A stretch of DNA of 39,369 nucleotides from Chlamydiales bacterium (GTDB taxonomy: Bacteria > Chlamydiota > Chlamydiia > Chlamydiales > JBDQID01). The notes beneath the pieces are model-generated. The model did no database searches. It was not told the origin of the DNA and saw only the letters and a list, made by a program, of their open reading frames with translations. Of the stretch, positions 1-8,648 are shown piece after piece (position 1 is the stretch's first letter; every line of letters begins with the position of its first letter). The stretch covers positions 1 to 39,369 of the forward strand of contig JBLFWS010000008.1 of the NCBI GenBank assembly GCA_047611865.1, written 5' to 3'. The translations under genes and the position numbers were made by a program.

Positions 1-351
1 CGGTAGTGGCACCTCTCCAATATAAGCAAAGAACAAAACGTTTATCAATTTTGATACCCTGCATTTTTAGAAGATCGGGCATGACTCAGTTACATAATCA
101 CAAATTCCTTCGCTTCTCTTAAGTCATTCGAGATTTTGCTCAGGCAGCCTATAGGCTTAGGGAAAAGTGTTACCTTGAATTGAACCATGCCAAAAATTTC
201 TTTGTTTTCATGAGATAAAACTCCGAGATATTCCCCGCCCCCCCTGCCTTCACACAAACTTTAAATTTTAATTTACACAAATACCCATCCTTGTAATGTT
301 AAAGTAAAATTTTAACTTGTCGTAATTTTTTACTTTCCAACAACGGAGGGT

Positions 352-2145
352 GTGATCGTGGACACAATACTATCACTTATAAACCGTTTAAACCCCTGGG
401 GGGGAACACAGGATACAGCTGTTATCTTAAGCCAAGAATTCAGATGCGATCAAAATGTGGATTCAGTTTATGAGAACTTACTTTTTCCCGAACAGGCAGT
501 TCAAGAATGTTTTGACCTAGACAGCTCAAGTGATACCCAGTTTCTTTTACATGAGGGTATCTTACAGGCTGCAGTTGATGACGATGAGAGTTCGATACAG
601 TTCAATCTTGATTTTGTAGAGGACGTCTCACCAGGAAGCTTAAATCGTTTGATCAGTGCAGCTATTTATCTTGCCGAAGGCAATGGGAATAATGAACTAG
701 CCCAAAATCTTCAAAAACGCTTGCAAAAACATCCCGATGATCATTTTGATATCTCTTATTTTACGACCTCTTACGATTTGCAAGGACCAGGGACTGTGCT
801 TCCAAAAATCTTCCGTTGCGAGCCTACAGTGGGAGACGTATACGAAAACCTCTTGAATGATCAAGGACAGGATTTTGAGAGTTTCGATCTTGCAAATGCT
901 ACTGCTGCACAATACTTTTTGTTCGACGGCATTCTTGTTCCTTCCATGGAAAACGATTGGCGTACCCTTCAGTTTAACCTCTCTGATCTCGAAGAAGAGA
1001 GTTTCGACAGTATGCAAAGAGTCGTAAGTGCTGCAATATTTCTAGCTGAAAAGCACGAGCACCATGAACTCGTTCATAGGTTAAGAGAATGCTTACAAAA
1101 GTATCGTCATGATCGTTTTGATTGTGCGTACTTTTATTCAGCAGACTCTATGCATGGAACGGAAGCTGTTCCCGACAATGAATGGTCTCCTTTAAGGAGA
1201 AAAATTACAGCTGTCGCCCTTTTTGCTTTGATGCAATTGGCACCTATGGCCAGACGAGCCAGTATTGAGCTTTCCAAACCCCGCTTATATCCCCGCTTCG
1301 CCGAAGCCATAAAAAATATGCGTGCTGAGGGACGCCATTTTCGGGAAATTGATGTAGCCAGCTATTTGGGCCCAGACGCTCTGACCTTTGAGAAAGATGA
1401 TCCTCGAGGGAAGGTCGTCATTATGAGTACCTGGATGGATCATAATGGAGCTATGAACTTGATTCCTACCCAGATGGAATCATTCCGCATCCTTGACAGT
1501 AACTATGATGTAGGTTTTTCGATTTCAAGACTTGGTAGTGATAACCAAATTTGTGATCGCATACAAGAAGCCGCAGCTACGGGCCCCGTCGCTGGAATGT
1601 GGATCGAAGCCCATGGATGTCCTACGGCTATCAGTTTTGCAGATCCGTATAACCACTTAACTGTCGACACTTTGAAAGACTTGCCCCCTACCTGCTTTGA
1701 TGGCTTGGATCCAAGCGCTGTCATCGTCCTGGATAGCTGTGAAACCGGAGGTACAATCGACGGTTTCGCCCACGCCCTTGCCGTACAAAGTCAGAGGCCT
1801 GTTATTTCCTCTACAGATTCTGTAGTAAGCTTACATACAAGTATCACGGGTTTGTTTCCCATAGATGTTTCTTTCAAAGAAACGTACGATCATTTGCTTG
1901 ATTCCACAAGGGTCTTCTATCCCGATGGGACTTATAAAGAAGGAGGTAGAAACGGTTGGCCGTGGGCAAAATTTGATGAGTGGATGGCTCGGGGGGCGTG
2001 GTATGCCAACTTTGATGACTTCTTTTGCCTGCCTTCTGTCTCAGGAAGTCTGACAGATTGTATGGTTCCACACCCGGAACTTCCCTTTCCTAATATGCTA
2101 GACTATAAAGAGCGTGAGAACAGGGAGGTTCATCCCACTGTTTGA
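352..2145 (+). CDS. Hypothetical protein with a tandem-duplicated N-terminal domain and a C-terminal caspase-like (clan CD / DUF4347-like) His-Cys domain
   Basis: 597-aa ORF with GTG start after GGAGG. aa 30-137 and 154-261 align without gaps (FRC..VYENLL..FDL..GIL..QFNL..SAAI.LAE..LQK...D.FD..YF). C-terminal motifs WIEAHG (H421) and IVLDSCETG (C463). Confidence 0.75.
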   Translation: MIVDTILSLINRLNPWGGTQDTAVILSQEFRCDQNVDSVYENLLFPEQAVQECFDLDSSSDTQFLLHEGILQAAVDDDESSIQFNLDFVEDVSPGSLNRLISAAIYLAEGNGNNELAQNLQKRLQKHPDDHFDISYFTTSYDLQGPGTVLPKIFRCEPTVGDVYENLLNDQGQDFESFDLANATAAQYFLFDGILVPSMENDWRTLQFNLSDLEEESFDSMQRVVSAAIFLAEKHEHHELVHRLRECLQKYRHDRFDCAYFYSADSMHGTEAVPDNEWSPLRRKITAVALFALMQLAPMARRASIELSKPRLYPRFAEAIKNMRAEGRHFREIDVASYLGPDALTFEKDDPRGKVVIMSTWMDHNGAMNLIPTQMESFRILDSNYDVGFSISRLGSDNQICDRIQEAAATGPVAGMWIEAHGCPTAISFADPYNHLTVDTLKDLPPTCFDGLDPSAVIVLDSCETGGTIDGFAHALAVQSQRPVISSTDSVVSLHTSITGLFPIDVSFKETYDHLLDSTRVFYPDGTYKEGGRNGWPWAKFDEWMARGAWYANFDDFFCLPSVSGSLTDCMVPHPELPFPNMLDYKERENREVHPTV

Positions 2146-2178
2146 TGTTTTCATCAATAGAGCAAACTTATATATTGT

Positions 2179-2216
2179 AAACCGGGTAGACGCAGATCGC
2201 GTTTGCCCGGTTTTTT
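2179..2216 (+). terminator. Intrinsic terminator-like hairpin
   Basis: AAACCGGGTAGACGC-agatc-GCGTTTGCCCGGTTT stem (two G-U pairs) ending in a T6 run. Confidence 0.75.
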
Positions 2217-2233
2217 ATTAAGGAGCATATGAT

Positions 2234-3082
2234 ATGAAGCCTACCCCTAGTGAGCATGATAGTCGAGTCACCATTCAAGGAGTTGAGTTAGCCCTGGGGT
2301 TTCCTGATGAGTTTAATTTCCGCTGGATTGGACAAGCAGATGTTATGGACCAGCTTCTAGCTGCGTGGTTAGTTATTGATGAAGACGACATTCCCCTAAA
2401 TCCCCGTATTATTGGTAAGCCAGGAGTGGGCAAAACAACTCTCGCCTATGCTGCTGGAAAAAGAATGGAGAGAGATGTCTACATCTACCAATGTACTATG
2501 GATACCCGCCCTGAGGATCTACTAGTTACCCCTGTAGTTAATGAAAGTGGAGGCATACGATATGTCGCTTCTAATTTGGTCACTGCCATGATTTGCGGAG
2601 GCGTTTGCGTCCTCGATGAAGCCAACAGGATGAGTGAAAAATCGTGGGCATCTCTCGCCCCCCTATTAGATAGCCGCCGATACGTAGAGTCTATGGTTGC
2701 AGGATTAAAGATTTCTGCCCATGAAAACTTCCGCATATGCGTTACTATGAATGACGATGCCTCTACCTTCGAGGTTCCCGAATATATACACAGTCGCCTT
2801 CAGCCACAAATCTATTTAGAATTTCCCGAAGCTGATGAAGAAAAGCGAATCCTCCGTGAGAACTTACCCTTTATCGATGAGAACATTTTGGATTATGTCG
2901 TAGCCTTTTTGCAAAGAGCCCACGAAGGTAATGAAAATTACACCGTTCGCGATGGGATCAATGTCGCCCGTTATGCCGCAAAAAGGATAAAGAGCTACAA
3001 CAACCCAAGTAATATCGACGGCCTACTCCGTCAGTCCATTATCATGACCCTCGGTGAAGAAGCTCTGATCCATATCCTATAA
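2234..3082 (+). CDS. MoxR-family AAA+ ATPase (AAA_5-like)
   Basis: Walker A GKPGVGKT, Walker B VCVLDEANR, sensor-I TMN and a putative Arg finger HSRL; AGGAG RBS. Confidence 0.9.
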   Translation: MKPTPSEHDSRVTIQGVELALGFPDEFNFRWIGQADVMDQLLAAWLVIDEDDIPLNPRIIGKPGVGKTTLAYAAGKRMERDVYIYQCTMDTRPEDLLVTPVVNESGGIRYVASNLVTAMICGGVCVLDEANRMSEKSWASLAPLLDSRRYVESMVAGLKISAHENFRICVTMNDDASTFEVPEYIHSRLQPQIYLEFPEADEEKRILRENLPFIDENILDYVVAFLQRAHEGNENYTVRDGINVARYAAKRIKSYNNPSNIDGLLRQSIIMTLGEEALIHIL

Positions 3083-3097
3083 GAAGGTCTATTGTTT

Positions 3098-4978
3098 ATG
3101 GGTGCGACAGAAGTTTTTACGTTGAAAAAAGGGAATATCTACGCCCTTCCGACGATTCATTACAATTTGGAGATGGCCGCTCAGGTGCGCCTTGCTTTCA
3201 CGAGTATACGCCCTGACTGTGTCGCAGTAGAGCTTGCCGAGACGATGCAGGATGAGATTCTGCATGCCAGCTCCCGACTCCCAGACATCAGCGTCGTTGT
3301 CTCTGAAAGAGAGGGTGATGACCCTCTCTATTATATGTGTGAGCCCTGTGACCCTGCTTTTGAGGGTGTCCGTTCCGCATTGGAGGAGCAGACTCCCGTA
3401 TATTGTATCGATCTTGATGTGGACGACTATCCTGATATACAAGAACGCGTCCCCGATCCCTATGCAGTACACCGTATTGGACTCAAACCCTATTATGAAG
3501 CCTACCACAAAAGTGCCCTCTCTAAAGAGCCCTTCCGGACACAGCAGGATATCAACAGAGAAATGCATATGGCAAAGAGGCTAAAGGAGCTCTCTGAAGA
3601 ATACGATTCCGTCCTCTTCATCGGCGGAATGTTTCATATTCATCATGTGCTTCAGCTTCTCGACAAAGAAGACTTTCCCGATACCAAGCACTGTAAAAGG
3701 GACAGCGTGCAAGTGTGTACCTTAAGCGAGCAATCCTGTCGGGACGTTATGCGTGAGAGTGGATGGTTTTCCAAGCACTATGAAAGTTTGCGAGACATAC
3801 ATCGCTCCCAAGAAGATAATCTTCTTTTCATAGATAGTCCGGCAGACTCCCCTTTTCCTCCCGATCGCCAAAAGCTTCTGTACTCCCTGTATAGTGAATC
3901 TGGAAGGTTGTTTGAAAAGAACACGGGCAACAAGTTCCTTAACTATCATTTGCGCAACACCATGAAGTTTGTGCGCAACTACGCCTTGATCAAAGAGCGG
4001 CTGATGCCCGACCTCTTTCAGACCCTCTCTGCTGCCAAAGCCTGTGTTGAGCACAATTACGCCTATGAAGTCTGGGAGCTAGCCACCCATTACCCCCATA
4101 GAAAAAATATAGACAATCTACCGGAATTAGACTTGTCCATCGAAGAGGTGTGGGGCCATAGCAAGATTGTCCGCTTTCACATGAAGCAAGAAAGTCGCAA
4201 ACGCTTTATGCAACAACGCAAGCACCGCAAGGAAAAAGACAGCTACAAATTCAAGCCTCCCGGCCCCTTTACTCTATGTTCGTATCCTCCTGAAGATCTA
4301 AGCGTAGAAGGCTTTGGAGACTTCCTGAAAAAGAAAGGCTGTAATATCCTTTCCGAGGAAGGATCCCAAACCGTTCCCTTTACCACCAGCCTGGAAGATG
4401 GAATCGACACCCGGGAAACTATACGCAACTGGCATCAGAAAAAACTATTCGTCAAATCTCATGGACGCCCTCCCGGCGGAACAGGTTCCGTTGTTGTCAT
4501 CTTCGACGAAGATATGCCCAAGGAAGGAGAGGAGAGATCATTTCAACCCAAATATCCATGGCTTATGACTTGGCTTGGCGAACACGAACAGGAATCCGAC
4601 ATGTCCTTTTACTCTACAGGACTTGGTGATAACGTCGTGGGACCTGGCATCAGCCGCTGTGAGTATGGAGGCTTTATGATGTCTTATCCCCCTCGCAGGA
4701 TGTACGACATTTGGAGTGACCTGGATTACAGTGAGTGCATAAATAAGTCAGAGCTACTTCTCATGGCAGCTATCGATTATGCTGTAAAGCCAATCGTTGT
4801 CTATGTTGCCGCTAAGCCTCCACGCAGTATCATGAAAAGCTTTGCAAGCCGCTATGGTAAAAAGATCGTATATATCCCCATTGGTCAGATGTCTCCCGTG
4901 CTCCTCAACAAGCTACGAGTCTTTCATGTCTTAGATGGTCATGACAAGAGAAATAATGCCGGTGATTATATCTTCTAA
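3098..4978 (+). CDS. Hypothetical MoxR partner with an N-terminal TraB/Tiki-like (DUF5682-like) domain and a C-terminal degenerate vWA-like region
   Basis: Long ORF directly after the ATPase. Motifs LPTIHY, PDCVAVEL, REMHMAKRL and VLFIGGMFH, then GIDTRETIR...SVVVIFDED. ATG at 3098 is preferred over TTG at 3092 on RBS spacing. Confidence 0.75.
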   Translation: MGATEVFTLKKGNIYALPTIHYNLEMAAQVRLAFTSIRPDCVAVELAETMQDEILHASSRLPDISVVVSEREGDDPLYYMCEPCDPAFEGVRSALEEQTPVYCIDLDVDDYPDIQERVPDPYAVHRIGLKPYYEAYHKSALSKEPFRTQQDINREMHMAKRLKELSEEYDSVLFIGGMFHIHHVLQLLDKEDFPDTKHCKRDSVQVCTLSEQSCRDVMRESGWFSKHYESLRDIHRSQEDNLLFIDSPADSPFPPDRQKLLYSLYSESGRLFEKNTGNKFLNYHLRNTMKFVRNYALIKERLMPDLFQTLSAAKACVEHNYAYEVWELATHYPHRKNIDNLPELDLSIEEVWGHSKIVRFHMKQESRKRFMQQRKHRKEKDSYKFKPPGPFTLCSYPPEDLSVEGFGDFLKKKGCNILSEEGSQTVPFTTSLEDGIDTRETIRNWHQKKLFVKSHGRPPGGTGSVVVIFDEDMPKEGEERSFQPKYPWLMTWLGEHEQESDMSFYSTGLGDNVVGPGISRCEYGGFMMSYPPRRMYDIWSDLDYSECINKSELLLMAAIDYAVKPIVVYVAAKPPRSIMKSFASRYGKKIVYIPIGQMSPVLLNKLRVFHVLDGHDKRNNAGDYIF

Positions 4979-4991
4979 AACAGGAGGCGTT

Positions 4992-5528
4992 ATGCCCAAG
5001 TATCTGGATAAATCCGAAGTTGTTTTTAAGGGTTCTTACTTTGATGTTTCCGTTCAGGACATCATGATTGACTCAGGCAAGGTATTTAGCATGCAGTTTG
5101 TGAAACACCCAGGGGCTGTAGCTATTCTCCCCCTCCTTGACAATGATACTGTAGTAATGATACGAAATGAGCGCTATGCGGTTAGTGAATCTCTATGGGA
5201 AGTACCAGCAGGAACCCTGGAGCTAGGAGAGCTCCCCTTTGATACAGCACACAGAGAGCTCATAGAAGAAACGGGATACTCTGCAACGAATATGGAAAAA
5301 TTTATGGAGTTCTACGCGACTCCTGGCTACTCCAATGAGAAATTGTACGGCTACATAGCTAAAGATCTGACCTTGGGGAAACAGAACCTTGATGAATCTG
5401 AAACCATCTCCGTACACCCCCTTCCGATTCAGAAGGCTTTGGAGATGGTTCGGGACGGTGAAATCACAGACGGAAAAACCGTCACTATGCTTTTGTTCTA
5501 CAAGCAGTTTTACGCATCAATACGGTAG
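4992..5528 (+). CDS. NUDIX hydrolase, ADP-ribose pyrophosphatase (NudF)-like
   Basis: Nudix box GTLELGELPFDTAHRELIEETG; HPGAVAILP, TPGYSNE and ITDGKT motifs; AGGAGG RBS before ATG 4992. Confidence 0.9.
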   Translation: MPKYLDKSEVVFKGSYFDVSVQDIMIDSGKVFSMQFVKHPGAVAILPLLDNDTVVMIRNERYAVSESLWEVPAGTLELGELPFDTAHRELIEETGYSATNMEKFMEFYATPGYSNEKLYGYIAKDLTLGKQNLDESETISVHPLPIQKALEMVRDGEITDGKTVTMLLFYKQFYASIR

Positions 5529-5893
5529 ACACCCAAACCGAATGCCAGCCATCCCATAATCATAAGCACTCCTCCGATAGGAGTTATTATGCCGAGAATT
5601 TTTATGCCGCTCAGCGCAAGGGCATAAAGGCTTACAGAGAAAAGCAGGGTGCCCCCAAAAATCAGCCCTGCTGAGGCACTTAAAAGGCTACTACTCCCAA
5701 ACTGTCCTATGGTCAGGCCAATACAAAGCAAGGCGATGGCATGATACATCTGGTATCGTACCCCTACTTCGTAGACAGCTGTCATCTCAGGACAGAATTT
5801 ATCTTTAACTACGTGACCGCCAAAGGCGCCAAGGATTACTCCGAGGCAACCTAAATTGGCAGCAAGAATCAAAACAAGCTTTTGTGCTGTCAT
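5510..5893 (-). CDS. DUF423 (YgdD/TMEM256) membrane protein
   Basis: GAFGGH, RYQMYHA, LFSVSLY and ITPIGG motifs; 3' end overlaps the NUDIX gene by 19 bp. Confidence 0.9.
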   Translation of the reverse strand: MTAQKLVLILAANLGCLGVILGAFGGHVVKDKFCPEMTAVYEVGVRYQMYHAIALLCIGLTIGQFGSSSLLSASAGLIFGGTLLFSVSLYALALSGIKILGIITPIGGVLMIMGWLAFGLGVYRIDA

Positions 5894-5901
5894 GGTGTTC
5901 C

Positions 5902-7455
5902 TTAATAGGATTTAGCGTAGATAACATCTTTGAATGATTCCGAACCACATATCACACATTTCCCTGCCGTTCCTGATTGCTCAAGAGGAAGACAACGAAT
6001 GGACACTTTGAGTTCTCCAATTTTTTCTTCGCAAGCAGCGTTTTCACACCACTTTCCTTTTACAAAACCGCCATGTATTTCAGGCTTGTCTTTGTTCTTT
6101 GGAGTAAAGTAAGCCGTGAAATCTTCGAAGTTCTGGATTTCCTCTGTGATGTTAGCATCACGGAAAGCTTTAGCGTCGTTGTAATAGTTCTCTTGAATTT
6201 CGTCGAGGATACCACAGACTTGGGCTGCCAGCTCACCACGTTCCAGGACCGTTTTTTCTTTAGGGCCTTGGTCTCTTCGGGACAGGCATACATTGTTTCC
6301 GTCCATGTCTCTAGGACCCACTTCTATACGAAGAGGGATACCTTTTTTGATCCATTCCCAGTTTTTCTCACCACCGCGAAGGTCTCTTTTGTCGATGTGA
6401 ACGATTATAGGAGAACCGTGGTAGGAAAGATTGCGCATCTCAGCTGCAATATCTTCTGCATAAGCGAGAACTTTTTCTGCTAAATCAGGTTTTGTCAGGA
6501 AGGGAACGATAACCACATGCTTGGGAGCAATACGAGGAGGAAGTCTCAGACCATCATCATCAGAATGTGCCATTACCAGAGCCCCAATCAAACGAGTGGT
6601 TACCCCCCATGAAGTTGTGTAAACATGCTCTTGCTTTCCATCTTTGTTAAGGAAATCTATTTCAAAGGCTTTAGCAAAATTTTGTCCCAGGTAATGAGAT
6701 GTCCCGCCCTGAAGAGCCTTCTTGTCTTGCATCATAGCCTCGAAACAATAGGTCACTTCTGCGCCAGGGAATTTCTCCGTTTCAGATTTCACTCCGGTTA
6801 TCACAGGGATTGCCAAAACATTTTCTAAAAATTCTCTGTACATCTCGAGGATATCGGTAGTCTCCTTTATAGCCTCTTCCGATGTGGAATGGGCTGTGTG
6901 CCCTTCTTGCCATAGAAACTCTGATGTTCTAAGGAAGAGTCTAGTACGCATTTCCCAACGAACGATATTTGCCCATTGGTTGATGAGAAGAGGAAGGTCT
7001 CTGTGGGACTGTACCCACTTGGAAAAGGAGTGGCCAATGATTGTTTCAGAGGTGGGCCTAACGATTAAAGGTTCTTCCAGAGGGCCACATGGAACAAGCT
7101 TGCCGTCCTTTTCTTCCAGGCGGCTATGTGTTACCACGGCACACTCTTTAGCGAAGCCATCCACGTGCGCAGCTTCCTTTTCCAGGAATTTTACAGGAAT
7201 GAACAAAGGGAAATAGGCATTTTCATGACCACTGGCTTTTATGCGGTCGTCGAGCTGTCTCTGGATTCTTTCCCAGATTCCGTAACCCCATGGCTTGATA
7301 ATCATGCAGCCGCGCACCGGAGCGTTTTCCGCTAGGTCAGCCGCTTTGACTACCTGCTGGTACCACTCGGGGTAATCTTCCTGTCGGCTTGGGGAAATCG
7401 CATTCTTTTGAGATTTTTTACCGCTCTCTTTTGCTACAGTCATATCCTTGCTCAT
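5902..7455 (-). CDS. proS: Proline--tRNA ligase, archaeal/eukaryotic type
   Basis: VRPTSET, QWANIVRWE, FLRTSEFLWQEGHT, GTSHYLGQNF and TSWGVTTR motifs; C-terminal Zn-binding region ending AKSY; no INS editing domain. Confidence 0.97.
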   Translation of the reverse strand: MSKDMTVAKESGKKSQKNAISPSRQEDYPEWYQQVVKAADLAENAPVRGCMIIKPWGYGIWERIQRQLDDRIKASGHENAYFPLFIPVKFLEKEAAHVDGFAKECAVVTHSRLEEKDGKLVPCGPLEEPLIVRPTSETIIGHSFSKWVQSHRDLPLLINQWANIVRWEMRTRLFLRTSEFLWQEGHTAHSTSEEAIKETTDILEMYREFLENVLAIPVITGVKSETEKFPGAEVTYCFEAMMQDKKALQGGTSHYLGQNFAKAFEIDFLNKDGKQEHVYTTSWGVTTRLIGALVMAHSDDDGLRLPPRIAPKHVVIVPFLTKPDLAEKVLAYAEDIAAEMRNLSYHGSPIIVHIDKRDLRGGEKNWEWIKKGIPLRIEVGPRDMDGNNVCLSRRDQGPKEKTVLERGELAAQVCGILDEIQENYYNDAKAFRDANITEEIQNFEDFTAYFTPKNKDKPEIHGGFVKGKWCENAACEEKIGELKVSIRCLPLEQSGTAGKCVICGSESFKDVIYAKSY

Positions 7456-7550
7456 ATTGTCCTGATTTTTAAAATTTGCAAGCTGCTATTATCACTTGTA
7501 ATAAGCTATTTTGCAAGGGTGTTGTTGCACTAATCTTCTAAGGGGTTCTC

Positions 7551-7627
7551 GAGAGAGAAGAGAGAGGTTGAGGGAGGGAAGGAGGAGGGGATCACGAAGG
7601 AAGAAAAGAGAAGAGGAGAAAGAAAAA
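7551..7627. repeat. Polypurine low-complexity tract
   Basis: 72 of 77 nt are A or G on the + strand, between divergent proS and surE. Confidence 0.7.
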
Positions 7628-7693
7628 TTTAAACGGGATGGAACTTGAGGATTGCAGGTTATTTAAAGATTAATTCACTAACATTCAGCTCAT

Positions 7694-7723
7694 TTGACAA
7701 TAATTGTATCCACCTTGTAAAAT
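7694..7723 (+). promoter_or_regulatory. Sigma66/sigma70-type promoter for surE
   Basis: TTGACA-18 nt-TAAAAT, ending 36 nt upstream of the ATG. Confidence 0.6.
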
Positions 7724-7759
7724 AATTAACTCAAAATAGATAATACTGATGGTTTTTAT

Positions 7760-8542
7760 ATGCTTAAGCGCCCCCGTATCCTAGTTACAAACGATGACAG
7801 TATTTATGCAGCAGGCTTACGTCAGCTTTGTGACAGCCTAAAAGAATTTGCCGATATCACTGTCGTTGCCCCCGCAATGGAACAATCTGCTGTAGGCTTA
7901 AGCATTACTGTTCGGACTCCTCTGGAAATCCATGAACACCCCCTCGATAGCGTCTTCAAAGCCTGGGCTGTAACAGGCACACCTGCTGACTGTGTCAAAA
8001 TGGCCACAAGCGTCATTCTGGATTGGCATCCCGATCTGATTGTTTCAGGTATCAACAGAGGCTCCAATGCTGGCCGGAACCTTCTTTACAGCGGAACCGT
8101 TGGCGGAGTCATTGAAGGTGTCTTACGAGGTATTCCCGGTGTTGCTTTTTCTGTATGCGGATATGAAACCCCCAATTTCCAGAGAACAGATAAGTACATA
8201 AAATCCATTGTCAAATACTTATTAAAGTCTCCTCTTTCTTACGGAACACTCTTAAATGTGAATTTCCCCTACGACCACCATAAAGAAATCAAAGGACTTC
8301 GTCTAGCACGCCAGGGGAAAGGCTACTGGATGGAAAACCCGGATAAAAGATTACACCCGTCCGAAAACCAGTCCTACTACTGGCTCGGCTCCAAGCACAT
8401 GTCATTCGATGAGCACGAGGACAGCGATATACAGCTTTTAAGCGAAGGCTATGCCGCAGCAGTACCCGTTCACGTCAGCGAATTGACAGACCATAAAGAC
8501 TTAAAAGAAAGAAGAGAGCACTTCGATAAGCTTTTTGTGTAA
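7760..8542 (+). CDS. surE: 5'/3'-nucleotidase SurE
   Basis: ILVTNDD, GTPADCV and SGINRGSNAG..YSGTVG motifs. Confidence 0.97.
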   Translation: MLKRPRILVTNDDSIYAAGLRQLCDSLKEFADITVVAPAMEQSAVGLSITVRTPLEIHEHPLDSVFKAWAVTGTPADCVKMATSVILDWHPDLIVSGINRGSNAGRNLLYSGTVGGVIEGVLRGIPGVAFSVCGYETPNFQRTDKYIKSIVKYLLKSPLSYGTLLNVNFPYDHHKEIKGLRLARQGKGYWMENPDKRLHPSENQSYYWLGSKHMSFDEHEDSDIQLLSEGYAAAVPVHVSELTDHKDLKERREHFDKLFV

Positions 8543-8648
8543 AAGACTTCTGCACTTATTCTGCGCAAGAGACCTATAATAAACGCCTTACGCAAGGTCT
8601 GGTCAAATAAAGTTCACCTCTTCTCTTTTTTGAGCGCAAGCTATATAT

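Noticed and set aside
4935..4991. Upstream start for the NUDIX gene
   Set aside because: It overlaps the previous gene; the AGGAGG RBS supports ATG 4992.
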